Source of the DNA: Nemertoderma westbladi
Lineage: Eukaryota > Animalia > Xenacoelomorpha
Assembly: GCA_032718475.1 (NCBI GenBank)
Contig: JAUCBJ010004710.1
Coordinates: forward strand, 14,493-78,492
Length of the DNA: 64,000 bases
Direction of reading: 5' to 3'
Position numbers and translations under genes: made by a program. The notes under the pieces were generated by a model that did not search any database, was not told the origin of the DNA, and saw only the letters and a list, made by a program, of their open reading frames with translations. Every line of letters begins with the position of its first letter. Position 1 is the first letter of the stretch. Positions 45,007 to 57,193 of this stretch are shown here, piece by piece.

Positions 45007-48000
45007 CATATCAACCAGTAGGTCTACAGGGGCATATCAATCAGTAGGTCTACAGGAGCATATCAATCAGTAGGTCAACAGGAGCATATCAATCAGTAGG
45101 TCTACAAGAGCATATCAATCAGTAGGTCTACAGGAGCATATCAATCAGTAGGTCTACAGGAGCATATCAATCAGTAGGTCTACAGGAGCATATCAATCAG
45201 TAGGTCTACAGGAGCATATCAATCAGTAGGTCTACAGGAGCATATCAATCAGTAGGTCTACAGGAGCATATCAATCAGTAGGTCAACAGGAGCATATCAA
45301 TCAGTAGGTCTACAGGAGCATATCAATCAGTAGATATACAGGAGCATATCAATCAGTAGGTCTACAGGAGCATATCAATCAGTAGGTCTACAGGAGCATA
45401 TCAATCAGTAGGTATACAGGAGCATATCAATCAGTAGGTCTACAGGAGCATATCAATCAGTAGGTCTACAGGAGCATATCAATCAGTAGGTCTACAGGAG
45501 CATATCAATCAGTAGGTCTACAGGAGCATATCAATCAGTAGGTCTACAGGAGCATATCAATCAGTAGGTCAACAGGAGCATATCAATCAGTAGGTCTACA
45601 GGAGCATATCAATCAGTAGGTCTACAGGAGCATATCAATCAGTAGGTCTACAGGAGCATATCAATCAGTAGGTCTACAGGAGCATATCAATCAGTAGGTC
45701 TACAGGAGCATATCGATCAGTAGGTCTACAGGAGCACATCAATCAGTAGGTCTACAGGAGCATATCAATCAGTAGGTCTACAGGAGCATATCAATCAGTA
45801 GGTCTACAGGAGCATATCAATCAGTAGGTCTACAGGAGCATATCGATCAGTAGGTCTACAGGAGCACATCAATCAGTAGGTCTACAGGAGCATATCAATC
45901 AGTAGGTCTACAGGAGCATATCAATCAGTAGGTCTACAGGAGCATATCAATCAGTAGATCTACAGGAGCATATCAATCAGTAGGTCTACAGGAGCATATC
46001 GATCAGTAGGTCTACAGGAGCACATCAATCAGTAGGTCTACAGGAGCATATCAATCAGTAGGTCTACAGGAGCATATCAATCAGTAGGTCTACAGGAGCA
46101 TATCAATCAGTAGGTTTACAGGAGCATATCAATCAGTAGGTCTACAGGAGCATATAAATCAGTAGGTCTACAGGAGCATATAAATCAGTAGGTCTACAGG
46201 AGCATATCAATCAGTAGGTCTACAGGAGCATATCAATCAGTAGGTCTACAGGAGCATATCAATCAGTAGGTCTACAGGAGCATATCAATCAGTAGGTCTA
46301 CAGGAGCATATCAATCAGTAGGTCTACAGGAGCATATCAATCAGTAGGTCTACAGGAGCATATCAATCAGTAGGTCTACAGGAGCATATCAATCAGTAGG
46401 TCTACAGGAGCATATAAATCAGTAGGTCTACAGGAGCATATAAATCAGTAGGTCTACAAGAGCATATCAATCAGTAGGTCTACAGGAGCATATCAATCAG
46501 TAGGTCTACAGGAGCATATCAATCAGTAGATATACAGGAGCATATCAATCAGTAGGTCTACAGGAGCATATCAATCAGTAGGTCTACAGGAGCATATCAA
46601 TCAGTAGGTCTACAGGAGCATATCAATCACTAGGTCTACAGGAGCATATCAATCAGTAGGTCTACAGGAGCATATCAATCAGTAGGTCTACAGTAGCATA
46701 TCAATCAGTAGGTCTACAGGAGCATATCAATCAGTAGGTCTACAGGAGCATATAAATCAGTAGGTCTACAGGAGCATATCAATCAGTAGGTCTACAGGAG
46801 CATATCAATCAGTAGGTCTACAGGAGCATATCAATCAGTAGGTCTACAGGAGCATATCAATCAGTAGGTCTACAGGAGCATATCAATCAGTAGGTCTACA
46901 GGAGCATATCAATCAGTAGGTCTACAGGAGCATATCAATCAGTAGGTCTACAGGAGCATATCAATCAGTAGGTCTACAGGAGCATATCAATCAGTAGGTC
47001 TACAGGAGCATATCAATCAGTAGGTCTACAGGAGCATATCAATCAGTAGGTCTACAGGAGCATATCAATCAGTAGGTCTACAGGAGCATATCAAACAGTA
47101 GGTCTACAGGAGCATATCAATCAGTAGGTCTACAGGAGCATATCAATCAGTAGGTCTACAGGAGCATATAAATCAGTAGGTCTACAGGAGCATATCGATC
47201 AGTAGGTCTACAGGAGCATATCAATCAGTAGGTCTACAGGAGCATATCAATCAGTAGGTCTACAGGAGCATATCAATCAGTAGATCTACAGGAGCATATC
47301 AATCAGTAGGTCTACAGGAGCATATCAATCAGTAGATCTACAGGAGCATATCAATCAGTAGGTCTACAGGAGCATATCAATCAGTAGGTCTACAGGAGCA
47401 TATCAATCAGTAGATCTACAGGAGCATATCAATCAGTAGGTCTACAGGAGCATATCGATCAGTAGGTCTACAGGAGCATATCAATCAGTAGGTCTACAGG
47501 AGCATATCAATCAGTAGGTCTACAGGAGCATATCAATCAGTAGATCTACAGGAGCATATCGATCAGTAGGTCTACAGGAGCATATCAATCAGTAGGTCTA
47601 CAGGAGCATATCAATCAGTAGGTCTACAGGAGCATATCAATCAGTAGGTCTACAGGAGCATATCAATCAGTAGGTCTACAGGAGCATATCAATCAGTAGG
47701 TCTACAGGAGCATATCGATCAGTAGGTCTACAGGAGCATATCAATCAGTAGGTCTACAGGAGCATATCAATCAGTAGGTCTACAGGAGCATATCAATCAG
47801 TAGGTCTACAGGAGCATATCAATCAGTAGGTCTACAGGAGCATATCAATCAGTAGATCTACAGGAGCATATCAATCAGTAGGTCTACAGGAGCATATCAA
47901 TCAGTAGATCTACAGGAGCATATCAATCAGTAGGTCTACAGGAGCATATCAATCAGTAGGTCTACAGGAGCATATCAATCAGTAGGTCTACAGGAGCATA

Positions 48001-49447
48001 TCAATCAGTAGGTCTACAGGAGCATATCAATCAGTAGATCTACAGGAGCATATCAATCAGTAGGTCTACAGGAGCATATCAATCAGTAGGTCTACAGGAG
48101 CATATCAATCAGTAGGTCTACAGGAGCATATCAATCAGTAGGTCTACAGGAGCATATCAATCAGTAGGTCTACAGGAGCATATCAATCAGTAGGTCTACA
48201 GGAGCATATCAATCAGTAGGTCTACAGGAGCATATCAATCAGTAGGTCTACAGGAGCATATCAATCAGTAGGTCTACAGGAGCATATCAATCAGTAGATA
48301 TACAGGAGCATATCAATCAGTAGGTCTACAGGAGCATATCAATCAGTAGGTCTACAGGAGCATATCAATCAGTAGGTCTACAGGAGCATATCAATCAGTA
48401 GGTCTACAGGAGCATATCAATCAGTAGGTCTACAGGAGCATATCAATCAGTAGATATACAGGAGCATATCAATCAGTAGGTCTACAGGAGCATATCAATC
48501 AGTAGGTCTACAGGAGCATATCAATCAGTAGGTCTACAGGAGCATATCAATCAGTAGGTCTACAGGAGCATATCAATCAGTAGATATACAGGAGCATATC
48601 AATCAGTAGGTCTACAGGAGCATATCAATCAGTAGGTCTACAGGAGCATATCAATCAGTAGGTCTACAGGAGCATATCAATCAGTAGATATACAGGAGCA
48701 TATCAATCAGTAGGTCTACAGGAGCATATCAATCAGTAGGTCTACAGGAGCATATCAATCAGTAGGTCTACAGGAGCATATCAATCAGTAGGTCTACAGG
48801 AGCATATCAATCAGTAGGTCTACAGGAGCATATCAATCAGTAGATATACAGGAGCATATCAATCAGTAGGTCTACAGGAGCATATCAATCAGTAGGTCTA
48901 CAGGAGCATATCAATCAGTAGGTCTACAGGAGCATATCAATCAGTAGGTCTACAGGAGCATATCAATCAGTAGGTATACAAGAGCATATCAATCAGTAGG
49001 TCTACAGGAGCATATCAATCAGTAGGTCTACAGGAGCATATCAATCAGTAGGTCTACAAGAGCATATCAATCAGTAGGTCTACAGGAGCATATCAATCAG
49101 TAGGTCTACAGGAGCATATCAATCAGTAGGTATACAAGAGCATATCAATCAGTAGGTCTACAGGAGCATATCAATCAGTAGGTCTACAGGAGCATATCAA
49201 TCAGTAGGTCTACAGGAGCATATCAATCAGTAGGTCTACAGGGGCATATCAATCAGTAGGTCTACAGGAGCATATCAATCAGTAGGTCTACAGGAGCATA
49301 TCAATCAGTAGGTCTACAGGAGCATATCGATCAGTAGGTCTACAGGAGCATATCAATCAGTAGGTCTACAGGAGCATATCAATCAGTAGGTCTACAGGAG
49401 CATATCAATCAGTAGGTTTACAGGAGCATATCAATCAGTAGGTTTAC
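45007..49447. repeat. 26-bp minisatellite (CATATCAATCAGTAGGTCTACAGGAG), ~171 units
   Basis: Directly visible and highly homogeneous; the unit contains the quasi-palindrome GTAGGTCTAC (variant GTAGATCTAC is perfect). Confidence 0.99.
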
Positions 49448-49575
49448 GACATAAATGAATGCAAAAGCAAGGCAGCAAAAATCAATAAATGTAAGATTTA
49501 TTGCGGATATTTCTATAAAATGTGAAATGTATGTTGTGTATGTATGTATGTATGTGAAATGTCTATGTAAAATGA

Positions 49576-50439
49576 ATGCATTTGTGTTGCGATTTCTCAC
49601 CCTCCCAAATGGTGTGTAATATGGATGCATTTGTGTTGAGATTTCTCACCCTCCCAAATGGTGTGTAATATGGATGCATTTGTGTTGAGATTTCTCACCC
49701 TCCCAAATGGTGTGTAATATGGATGCATTTGTGTTGAGATTTCTCACCCTCCCAAATGGTGTGTAATATGGATGCATTTGTGTTGAGATTTCTAACCCTC
49801 CCAAATGGTGTGTAATATGGATGCATTTGTGTTGAGATTTCTAACCCTCCCAAATGGTGTGTAATATGGATGCATTTGTGGTGAGATTTCTAACCCTCCC
49901 AAATGGTGTGTAATATGGATGCATTTGTGTTGAGATTTCTCACCCTCCTAAATGGTGTGTAATATGGATGCATTTGTGTTGAGATTTCTCACCCTCCCAA
50001 ATGGTGTGTAATATGGATGCATTTGTGTTGAGATTTCTAACCCTCCCAAATGGTGTGTAATATGGATGCATTTGTGTTGAGATTTCTAACCCTCCCAAAT
50101 GGTGTGTAATATGGATGCATTTGTGTTGAGATTTCTCACCCTCCTAAATGGTGTGTAATATGGATGCATTTGTGTTGAGATTTCTCACCCTCCTAAATGG
50201 TGTATAATATGGATGCATTTGTGTTGAGATTTCTCACCCTCCCAAATGGTGTGTAATATGGATGCATTTGTGTTGAGATTTCTCACCCTCCTAAATGGTG
50301 TGTAATATGGATGCATTTGTGTTGAGATTTCTCACCCTCCCAAATGGTGTATAATATGGATGCATTTGTGTTGAGATTTCTAACCCTCGAAAATGGTGTG
50401 TAATATGGATGCATTTGTGTTGAGATTTCTCACCCTCCC
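49576..50439. repeat. 49-bp minisatellite (ATGCATTTGTGTTGAGATTTCTCACCCTCCCAAATGGTGTGTAATATGG), ~17.6 units
   Basis: Directly visible; period 49 (ATGCAT at 49576 and 49625). Confidence 0.99.
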
Positions 50440-50828
50440 GAATTTTCTAAGCCCCTACTCCTACCTCCATGGAGTTAATAATAAATAAATAATAATAAAA
50501 TTTTTTATTTTCCAAACTCCGATTAATATTAAATTAAAAGGAGGCAGCATGGCAGGGAGACCCACCTTTGCTGATGGTTGGGGGAAATAAGCGTTGGATA
50601 CCGCACCGCCATCTGATGGGACACTCTACTGTAAATTTACTGTAATAATTACCGGTACATTACTAATAGCACAATTAATAGTGTTAACCCCCCCTCCCCC
50701 CTCCCCCACCCCCAGTTAAATAATTTTTCTATATTCGAATAAATTATAGCTTGTAAAAAGTTTTTTCTTAAATAATAATAAATTCTTAACAACACAAATT
50801 ACAAAACGAGTTAAATATTGTTGGTTAC

Positions 50829-51150
50829 CTCTATTTCATAGCAATATAAATAATTTTTGGTTTAATAAACATCAGCTGTTTTGCTTCCTAATTTTCCTTT
50901 GCAAGATCAATAAAAAGAAATGCATAATCTCAACAGGGGTTCAACACATTTACTGGATAAGTTTAACTAAGTTCTTAGATATAGGCAAATTACGTAATGA
51001 TGCTTATTCACTTTATATATTATACATACAACTCAGATACGAATGAGATGCTGCAGGCAGACCTTCTTGATTTTACAGATGACAGGTTGATACGTCTCTT
51101 AGGTGTTCTTTTGGGAAGGGTTTCAAATTCAAATATTTTTATATATTTGG
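50829..51150 (-). other. Putative 5'-UTR exon/promoter block A, paralogous to 41849-42200
   Basis: Shared plus-strand blocks TTGGTTACCT, GCAATATAAATAATT, AATAAACATCA, CAGCTGTTTT, TAATTTTCCTTT.CAAGATCAATAAA and ATTTTACAGATGA in the same order; ends in GAG|gtaacc donor. Confidence 0.5.
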
Positions 51151-51544
51151 AATCCTTGCACGGCCAGCTTTCCACTAGTACCAACAAATCACTATAAGGT
51201 TGAAGAATAATTGCGGTGCAACTATGGTGAAATATCACCGGAGACTATTGTTAAACGCTTGTAGCTAAAGATTGAAAGCGAAAATATAAATTCTGCCTCA
51301 CCAACTAAGGAGGGTGCGGGGCGAGTTAAAACTGCAAGCCATCAGCAAACGATTATAATTATACCATTAAAAAAAAATAATAACATACAAACCTAAAACA
51401 ATACAACCCTAATACAGTGCTATGGGATCCTGATGCTTTATTGGTGAGGTGACCGGTGTTGAGCCTAAAGGACCATTTATATTCGGGTGTACGACAGCTG
51501 TACGAAGTCGGATACGGTAAGTTTATAGTCTACGGATACAGTTC

Positions 51545-54500
51545 GTGGGGCCTTCGCGCAGCACGAGGCTTAGTTATGAGATACATATTAATATTGAGCG
51601 ATTCTACCGTATCGCAACTCTTTTAACCAAACAACAGGAAATCAGAGTGAGGGGAAAACGACAGAACGACAGATACACCGATTGAGTTAGTGGTACCTGT
51701 ATGCTAAGCTCGCTTACTTTCGTGGCTCGCCCCACAGACACACCGATTGAGTTAGTGGTACCTGTATGCTAAGCTCGCTTACTTTCGTGGCTCGCCCCAC
51801 AGACACACCGATTGAGTTAGTGGTACCTGTATGCTAAGCTCGCTTACTTTCGTGGCTCGCCCCACAGACACACCGATTGAGTTAGTGGTACCTGTATGCT
51901 AAGCTCGCTTACTTTCGTGGCTCGCCCCACAGACACACCGATTGAGTTAGTGGTACCTGTATGCTAAGCTCGCTTACTTTCGTGGCTCGCCCCACAGACA
52001 CACCGATTGAGTTAGTGGTACCTGTATGCTAAGCTCGCTTACTTTCGTGGCTCGCCCCACAGACACACCGATTGAGTTAGTGGTACCTGTATGCTAAGCT
52101 CGCTTACTTTCGTGGCTCGCCCCACAGACACACCGATTGAGTTAGTGGTACCTGTATGCTAAGCTCGCTTACTTTCGTGGCTCGCCCCACAGACACACCG
52201 ATTGAGTTAGTGGTACCTGTATGCTAAGCTCGCTTACTTTCGTGGCTCGCCCCACAGACACACCGATTGAGTTAGTGGTACCTGTATGCTAAGCTCGCTT
52301 ACTTTCGTGGCTCGCCCCACAGACACACCGATTGAGTTAGTGGTACCTGTATGCTAAGCTCGCTTACTTTCGTGGCTCGCCCCACAGACACACCGATTGA
52401 GTTAGTGGTACCTGTATGCTAAGCTCGCTTACTTTCGTGGCTCGCCCCACAGACACACCGATTGAGTTAGTGGTACCTGTATGCTAACCTCGCTTACTTT
52501 CGCGGCTCACCCCACAGACACACCGATTGAGTTAGTGGTACCTGTATGCTAAGCTCGCTTACTTTCGTGGCTCGCCCCACAGACACACCGATTGAGTTAG
52601 TGGCACCTGTATGCTAAGCTCGCTTACTTTCGTGGCTCGCCCCACAGACACACCGATTGAGTTAGTGGTACCTGTATGCTAAGCTCGCTTACTTTCGTGG
52701 CTCGCCCCACAGACACACCGATTGAGTTAGTGGTACCTGTATGCTAAGCTCGCTTACTTTCGTGGCTCGCCCCACAGACACACCGATTGAGTTAGTGGTA
52801 CCTGTATGCTAAGCTCGCTTACTTTCGTGGCTCGCCCCACAGACACACCGATTGAGTTAGTGGTACCTGTATGCTAAGCTCGCTTACTTTCGCGGCTCAC
52901 CCCACAGACACACCGATTGAGTTAGTGGTACATGTATGCTAAGCTCGCTTACTTTCGTGGCTCGCCCCACAGACACACCGATTGAGTTAGTGGTACCTGT
53001 ATGCTAACCTCGCTTACTTTCGCGGCTCACCCCACAGACACACCGATTGAGTTAGTGGTACCTGTATGCTAAGCTCGCTTACTTTCGTGGCTCGACCCAC
53101 AGACACACCGATTGAGTTAGTGGTACCTGTATGCTAACCTCGCTTACTTTCGTGGCTCGCCCCACAGACACACCGATTGAGTTAGTGGTACCTGTATGCT
53201 AACCTCGCTTACTTTCGTGGCTCGCCCCACAGACACACCGATTGAGTTAGTGGTACCTGTATGCTAACCTCGCTTACTTTCGTCGCTCGCCCCACAGACA
53301 CACCGATTGAGTTAGTGGTACCTGTATGCTAAGCTCGCTTACTTTCGTGGCTCGCCCCACAGACACACCGATTGAGTTAGTGGTACCTGTATGCTAAGCT
53401 CGCTTACTTTCGTGGCTCGCCCCACAGACACACCGATTGAGTTAGTGGTACCTGTATGCTAAGCTCGCTTACTTTCGTGGCTCGCCCCACAGACACACCG
53501 ATTGAGTTAGTGGTACCTGTATGCTAAGCTCGCTTACTTTCGCGGCTCACCCCACAGACACACCGATTGAGTTAGTGGTACATGTATGCTAAGCTCGCTT
53601 ACTTTCGTGGCTCGCCCCACAGACACACCGATTGAGTTAGTGGTACCTGTATGCTAAGCTCGCTTACTTTCGTGGCTCGCCCCACAGACACACCGATTGA
53701 GTTAGTGGTACCTGTATGCTAACCTCGCTTACTTTCGCGGCTCACCCCACAGACACACCGATTGAGTTAGTGGTACCTGTATGCTAAGCTCGCTTACTTT
53801 CGTGGCTCGACCCACAGACACACCGATTGAGTTAGTGGTACCTGTATGCTAACCTCGCTTACTTTCGTGGCTCGCCCCACAGACACACCGATTGAGTTAG
53901 TGGTACCTGTATGCTAACCTCGCTTACTTTCGTGGCTCGCCCCACAGACACACCGATTGAGTTAGTGGTACCTGTATGCTAACCTCGCTTACTTTCGTCG
54001 CTCGCCCCACACACCGATTGAGTTAGTGGTACCTGTATGCTAAGCTCGCTTACTTTCGTGGCTCGCCCCACAGACACACCGATTGAGTTAGTGGTACCTG
54101 TATGCTAAGCTCGCTTACTTTCGTGGCTCGCCCCACAGACACACCGATTGAGTTAGTGGTACCTGTATGCTAAGCTCGCTTACTTTCGTGGCTCGCCCCA
54201 CAGACACACCGATTGAGTTAGTGGTACCTGTATGCTAAGCTCCCTTACTTTCGTGGCTCGCCCCACAGACACACCGATTGAGTTAGTGGTACCTGTATGC
54301 TAAGCTCGCTTACTTTCGCGGCTCACCCCACAGACACACCGATTGAGTTAGTGGTACATGTATGCTAAGCTCGCTTACTTTCGTGGCTCGCCCCACAGAC
54401 ACACCGATTGAGTTAGTGGTACCTGTATGCTAAGCTCGCTTACTTTCGTGGCTCGCCCCACAGACACACCGATTGAGTTAGTGGTACCTGTATGCTAACC

Positions 54501-55103
54501 TCGCTTACTTTCGCGGCTCACCCCACAGACACACCGATTGAGTTAGTGGTACCTGTATGCTAAGCTCGCTTACTTTCGTGGCTCGACCCACAGACACACC
54601 GATTGAGTTAGTGGTACCTGTATGCTAACCTCGCTTACTTTCGTGGCTCGCCCCACAGACACACCGATTGAGTTAGTGGTACCTGTATGCTAACCTCGCT
54701 TACTTTCGTGGCTCGCCCCACAGACACACCGATTGAGTTAGTGGTACCTGTATGCTAACCTCGCTTACTTTCGTCGCTCGCCCCACACACCGATTGAGTT
54801 AGTGGTACCTGTATGCTAAGCTCGCTTACTTTCGTGGCTCGCCCCACAGACACACCGATTGAGTTAGTGGTACCTGTATGCTAACCTCGCTTACTTTCGT
54901 GGCTCGCCCCACAGACACACCGATTGAGTTAGTGGTACCTGTATGCTAACCTCGCTTACTTTCGTCGCTCGCCCCACACACCGATTGAGTTAGTGGTACC
55001 TGTATGCTAAGCTCGCTTACTTTCGTGGCTCGCCCCACAGACACACCGATTGAGTCAGTGGTACCTGTATGCTAAGCTCGCTTACTTTCGCGGCTCACCC
55101 CAC
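51545..55103 (+). mobile_element. Short non-autonomous element of the same terminal family as 712-1958 (monomer ~191 bp) with an amplified 3' end
   Basis: Identical first 21 nt (GTGGGGCCTTCGCGCAGCACG) and shared end GCTAAG...TTCGTGGCTCGCCCCAC; interior unrelated and much shorter. Confidence 0.8.
51671..55103. repeat. 65-bp tandem array of the element's 3' terminus, 53 units (three are 61 bp)
   Basis: Unit AGACACACCGATTGAGTTAGTGGTACCTGTATGCTAAGCTCGCTTACTTTCGTGGCTCGCCCCAC; every unit ends at the element terminus. Confidence 0.98.
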
Positions 55104-55279
55104 GGTTTAAATAAGTATCATGTATATAAAATATCTATATAAGTAATTTGGTGTCGTTTCTATTTGTCTATTACTCTATAATCCCTTAGATGGCCCTAGT
55201 CGCAGAAATTAATTAATAAAAGCCCTTTCGCCCTTTCGATAGTACCAGGCAGTAAAAACTCCAAAAACCTACTCCTATT

Positions 55280-56546
55280 ACTGGTCAGTGGTCATTATAA
55301 CCCACCCTGTGGAATGGCAAACCAGGGTGTGGTATTTGCCCCGAGAGCTGACTCGGCAAAAAAGCACCCCCCAACCCCCACTATGGATTACATTAGCAAT
55401 GCGGAGGTCCGGCCACTAGAGGCCAGTGGAATTACCGGACACAATCGGCCTCACAGGCGTCAGTTAACTCCTGACCGGCTGCCTGTCTCACCCCCTACTG
55501 GAGAGAGAGCAGCCAACAATTCTTTGAGTCCCTTTCCTGATGACCTTTCTGGCCCAAACCCTGGGTCACCAGGAAGGCCAGATTGTGATGGGGAGAGGGA
55601 TTCTGGAGTTGGAGGCTACTCTCATGTTCCACCCCGACCAACAGAGCCATTGGTGAATCTGAGGCAAGTCACTAGACTAGCCTCAGTAAACACCCTAACA
55701 CTCGGGTCCCCAATGCGACAAGGTGAGCTGACTGCCTTGGCAGATAAGCTTTCTCTTAGCGCAGTGGGTGTTCAAGAGCACCGAATGCAGACTGGACAGA
55801 CTGATGAGGTTCTGATTAAGGACATTGGGGGCGGTTGGCGACTCGCCCTCGCGTCAGCAGATGATAGTGGCAATGGTGGAATTGGTCTATTGATGAATCC
55901 AACTGCACATGCAGCATTGGACAAAATAGACCAAATCTCTAACCGCATCATCCGTTGCCACTTCTCATGTTCTGGAAGACTGCCTAAGAAGTTTCCTAAG
56001 GTGGTTCTGATTGTGTGCTACTCTCCAACTAGTGTTGCCCCTGTAGAGGAGGTGGAAAATTTCTACCACAATCTACAAGCAGCTACTGATGGAGTGGATC
56101 AGCATGCATTCTTAACATTCCTGGGAGACTTTAATGCAAGTCTGCATCAATCACCTACATCGCCCTGGGTCTATAGCAATAGTGTTAACCGAAATGCTGT
56201 CCATCTTCAGGATTTTATCTCTGGAAATGGATTGTTTTCGGCTGGAACCCAGTTCAAGAAGCGAACTGGAAAGCTATGGACTCATAGTGGACCCAGTGGT
56301 CACAAGTCCCAGATAGACCATATTCTGTTTCGTAGGAAATACAGGAGCTCTATACAAGACTGTAATGCATTTACACTTCGACCCTTCTCCAGTGATCACC
56401 GCCTTATTGTGGCCAAGGTAAGACTTAGTCTGCGTGCTAGCAGAACAACGAAATCTGCCTTGCCGCGGCATGACTGATCCTCTCTGTTGCAACAGCCAAG
56501 TGTGAGATCCAGCTTCACACTACAGCTGAGCCTCAGGTATGAGGCT
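55280..56546 (+). mobile_element. 5' part of an RTE-clade LINE (APE endonuclease ORF 55314-56477), interrupted by the BEL/Pao element
   Basis: APE motifs ASVNTLTL, VGVQEHR, YSPT, LGDFNA, QIDHIL, SDHRLI; the ORF stops at TGA where W (TGG) is expected and continues SSLLQQPSVRSSFTLQLSLRYEA up to the LTR. 5' boundary approximate. Confidence 0.9.
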
Positions 56547-57124
56547 TGTTAGCTTATTCAATCCCGCCAACACCCCATAAAGTTATAAGCCGATAAGCAA
56601 TATTGGGAGCCACGAGATTGGGCAATTAACCAACTCGTGCCATCCCAATAAGAGTGGGAAGGAAGCACACAATAGAGGGTCAGGGGCCAAACCCCCTAAC
56701 CCAGGGAGAACAGGTGGAGTGAACGGGAACACTCCACGGGGCGCCAACAAGGGTAACAACCAATCAGAGGGGGGCAAGGCATCGATTGAGTAGCAGTAAG
56801 GCCACCGTGCAATATAACCAATAACCTATTAATCAGTGATTCAGTTATCTCAGTGCAGCAGTGCTAGCGTAGGTTGGTAGTCAATTAGTTTAGTTAGGGG
56901 ATCACGGGACTTTAGTTACCGTATCCCGCCTTGTACACATTATATCTATATCTATATCCTATGCCCTATTATTATTATACACCGAACTTCAGAACTCAGT
57001 TACTTTCTTTCATCCTTATACACGGCGGGGACGCGTGGACTAAATTACCACACCGGATAAATCGGGATCCCTCCTGGATCCCGTCACAGTAACTAAAACC
57101 CAAACCACCTACTAGTAACTAAAA
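56547..57124 (+). repeat. Putative 5' LTR of the BEL/Pao element
   Basis: Begins TGTTAG exactly where the LINE frame breaks; probable end CTAAAA (one mismatch from CTAACA), followed by GTGGAGG (PBS-like TGG). The second LTR is outside the window, so the right boundary is inferred. Confidence 0.6.
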
Positions 57125-57193
57125 GTGGAGGAAGAAGCCCCAGTTGAACAAGAACTGCACCCTAGCTAGCCGAACCATCAGCCACCAGACGAG

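Noticed and set aside
50540-51450. Short inverted matches (TTTGCTGATGG / CCATCAGCAAA; CCTCACCAA / TTGGTGAGG) around block A
   Set aside because: Only 9-11 bp and not arranged as nested terminal repeats; could be chance or decayed relics.
35141-55103. CRISPR-like appearance of the 26-65-bp arrays
   Set aside because: Units are head-to-tail with no unique spacers, there are no cas genes, and the context is eukaryotic.
57125-57145. Assigning a specific primer tRNA to the BEL/Pao PBS
   Set aside because: TGGAGGAAGAAGCCCC does not clearly match a tRNA 3' end I can identify; it needs a search against the host tRNA set.
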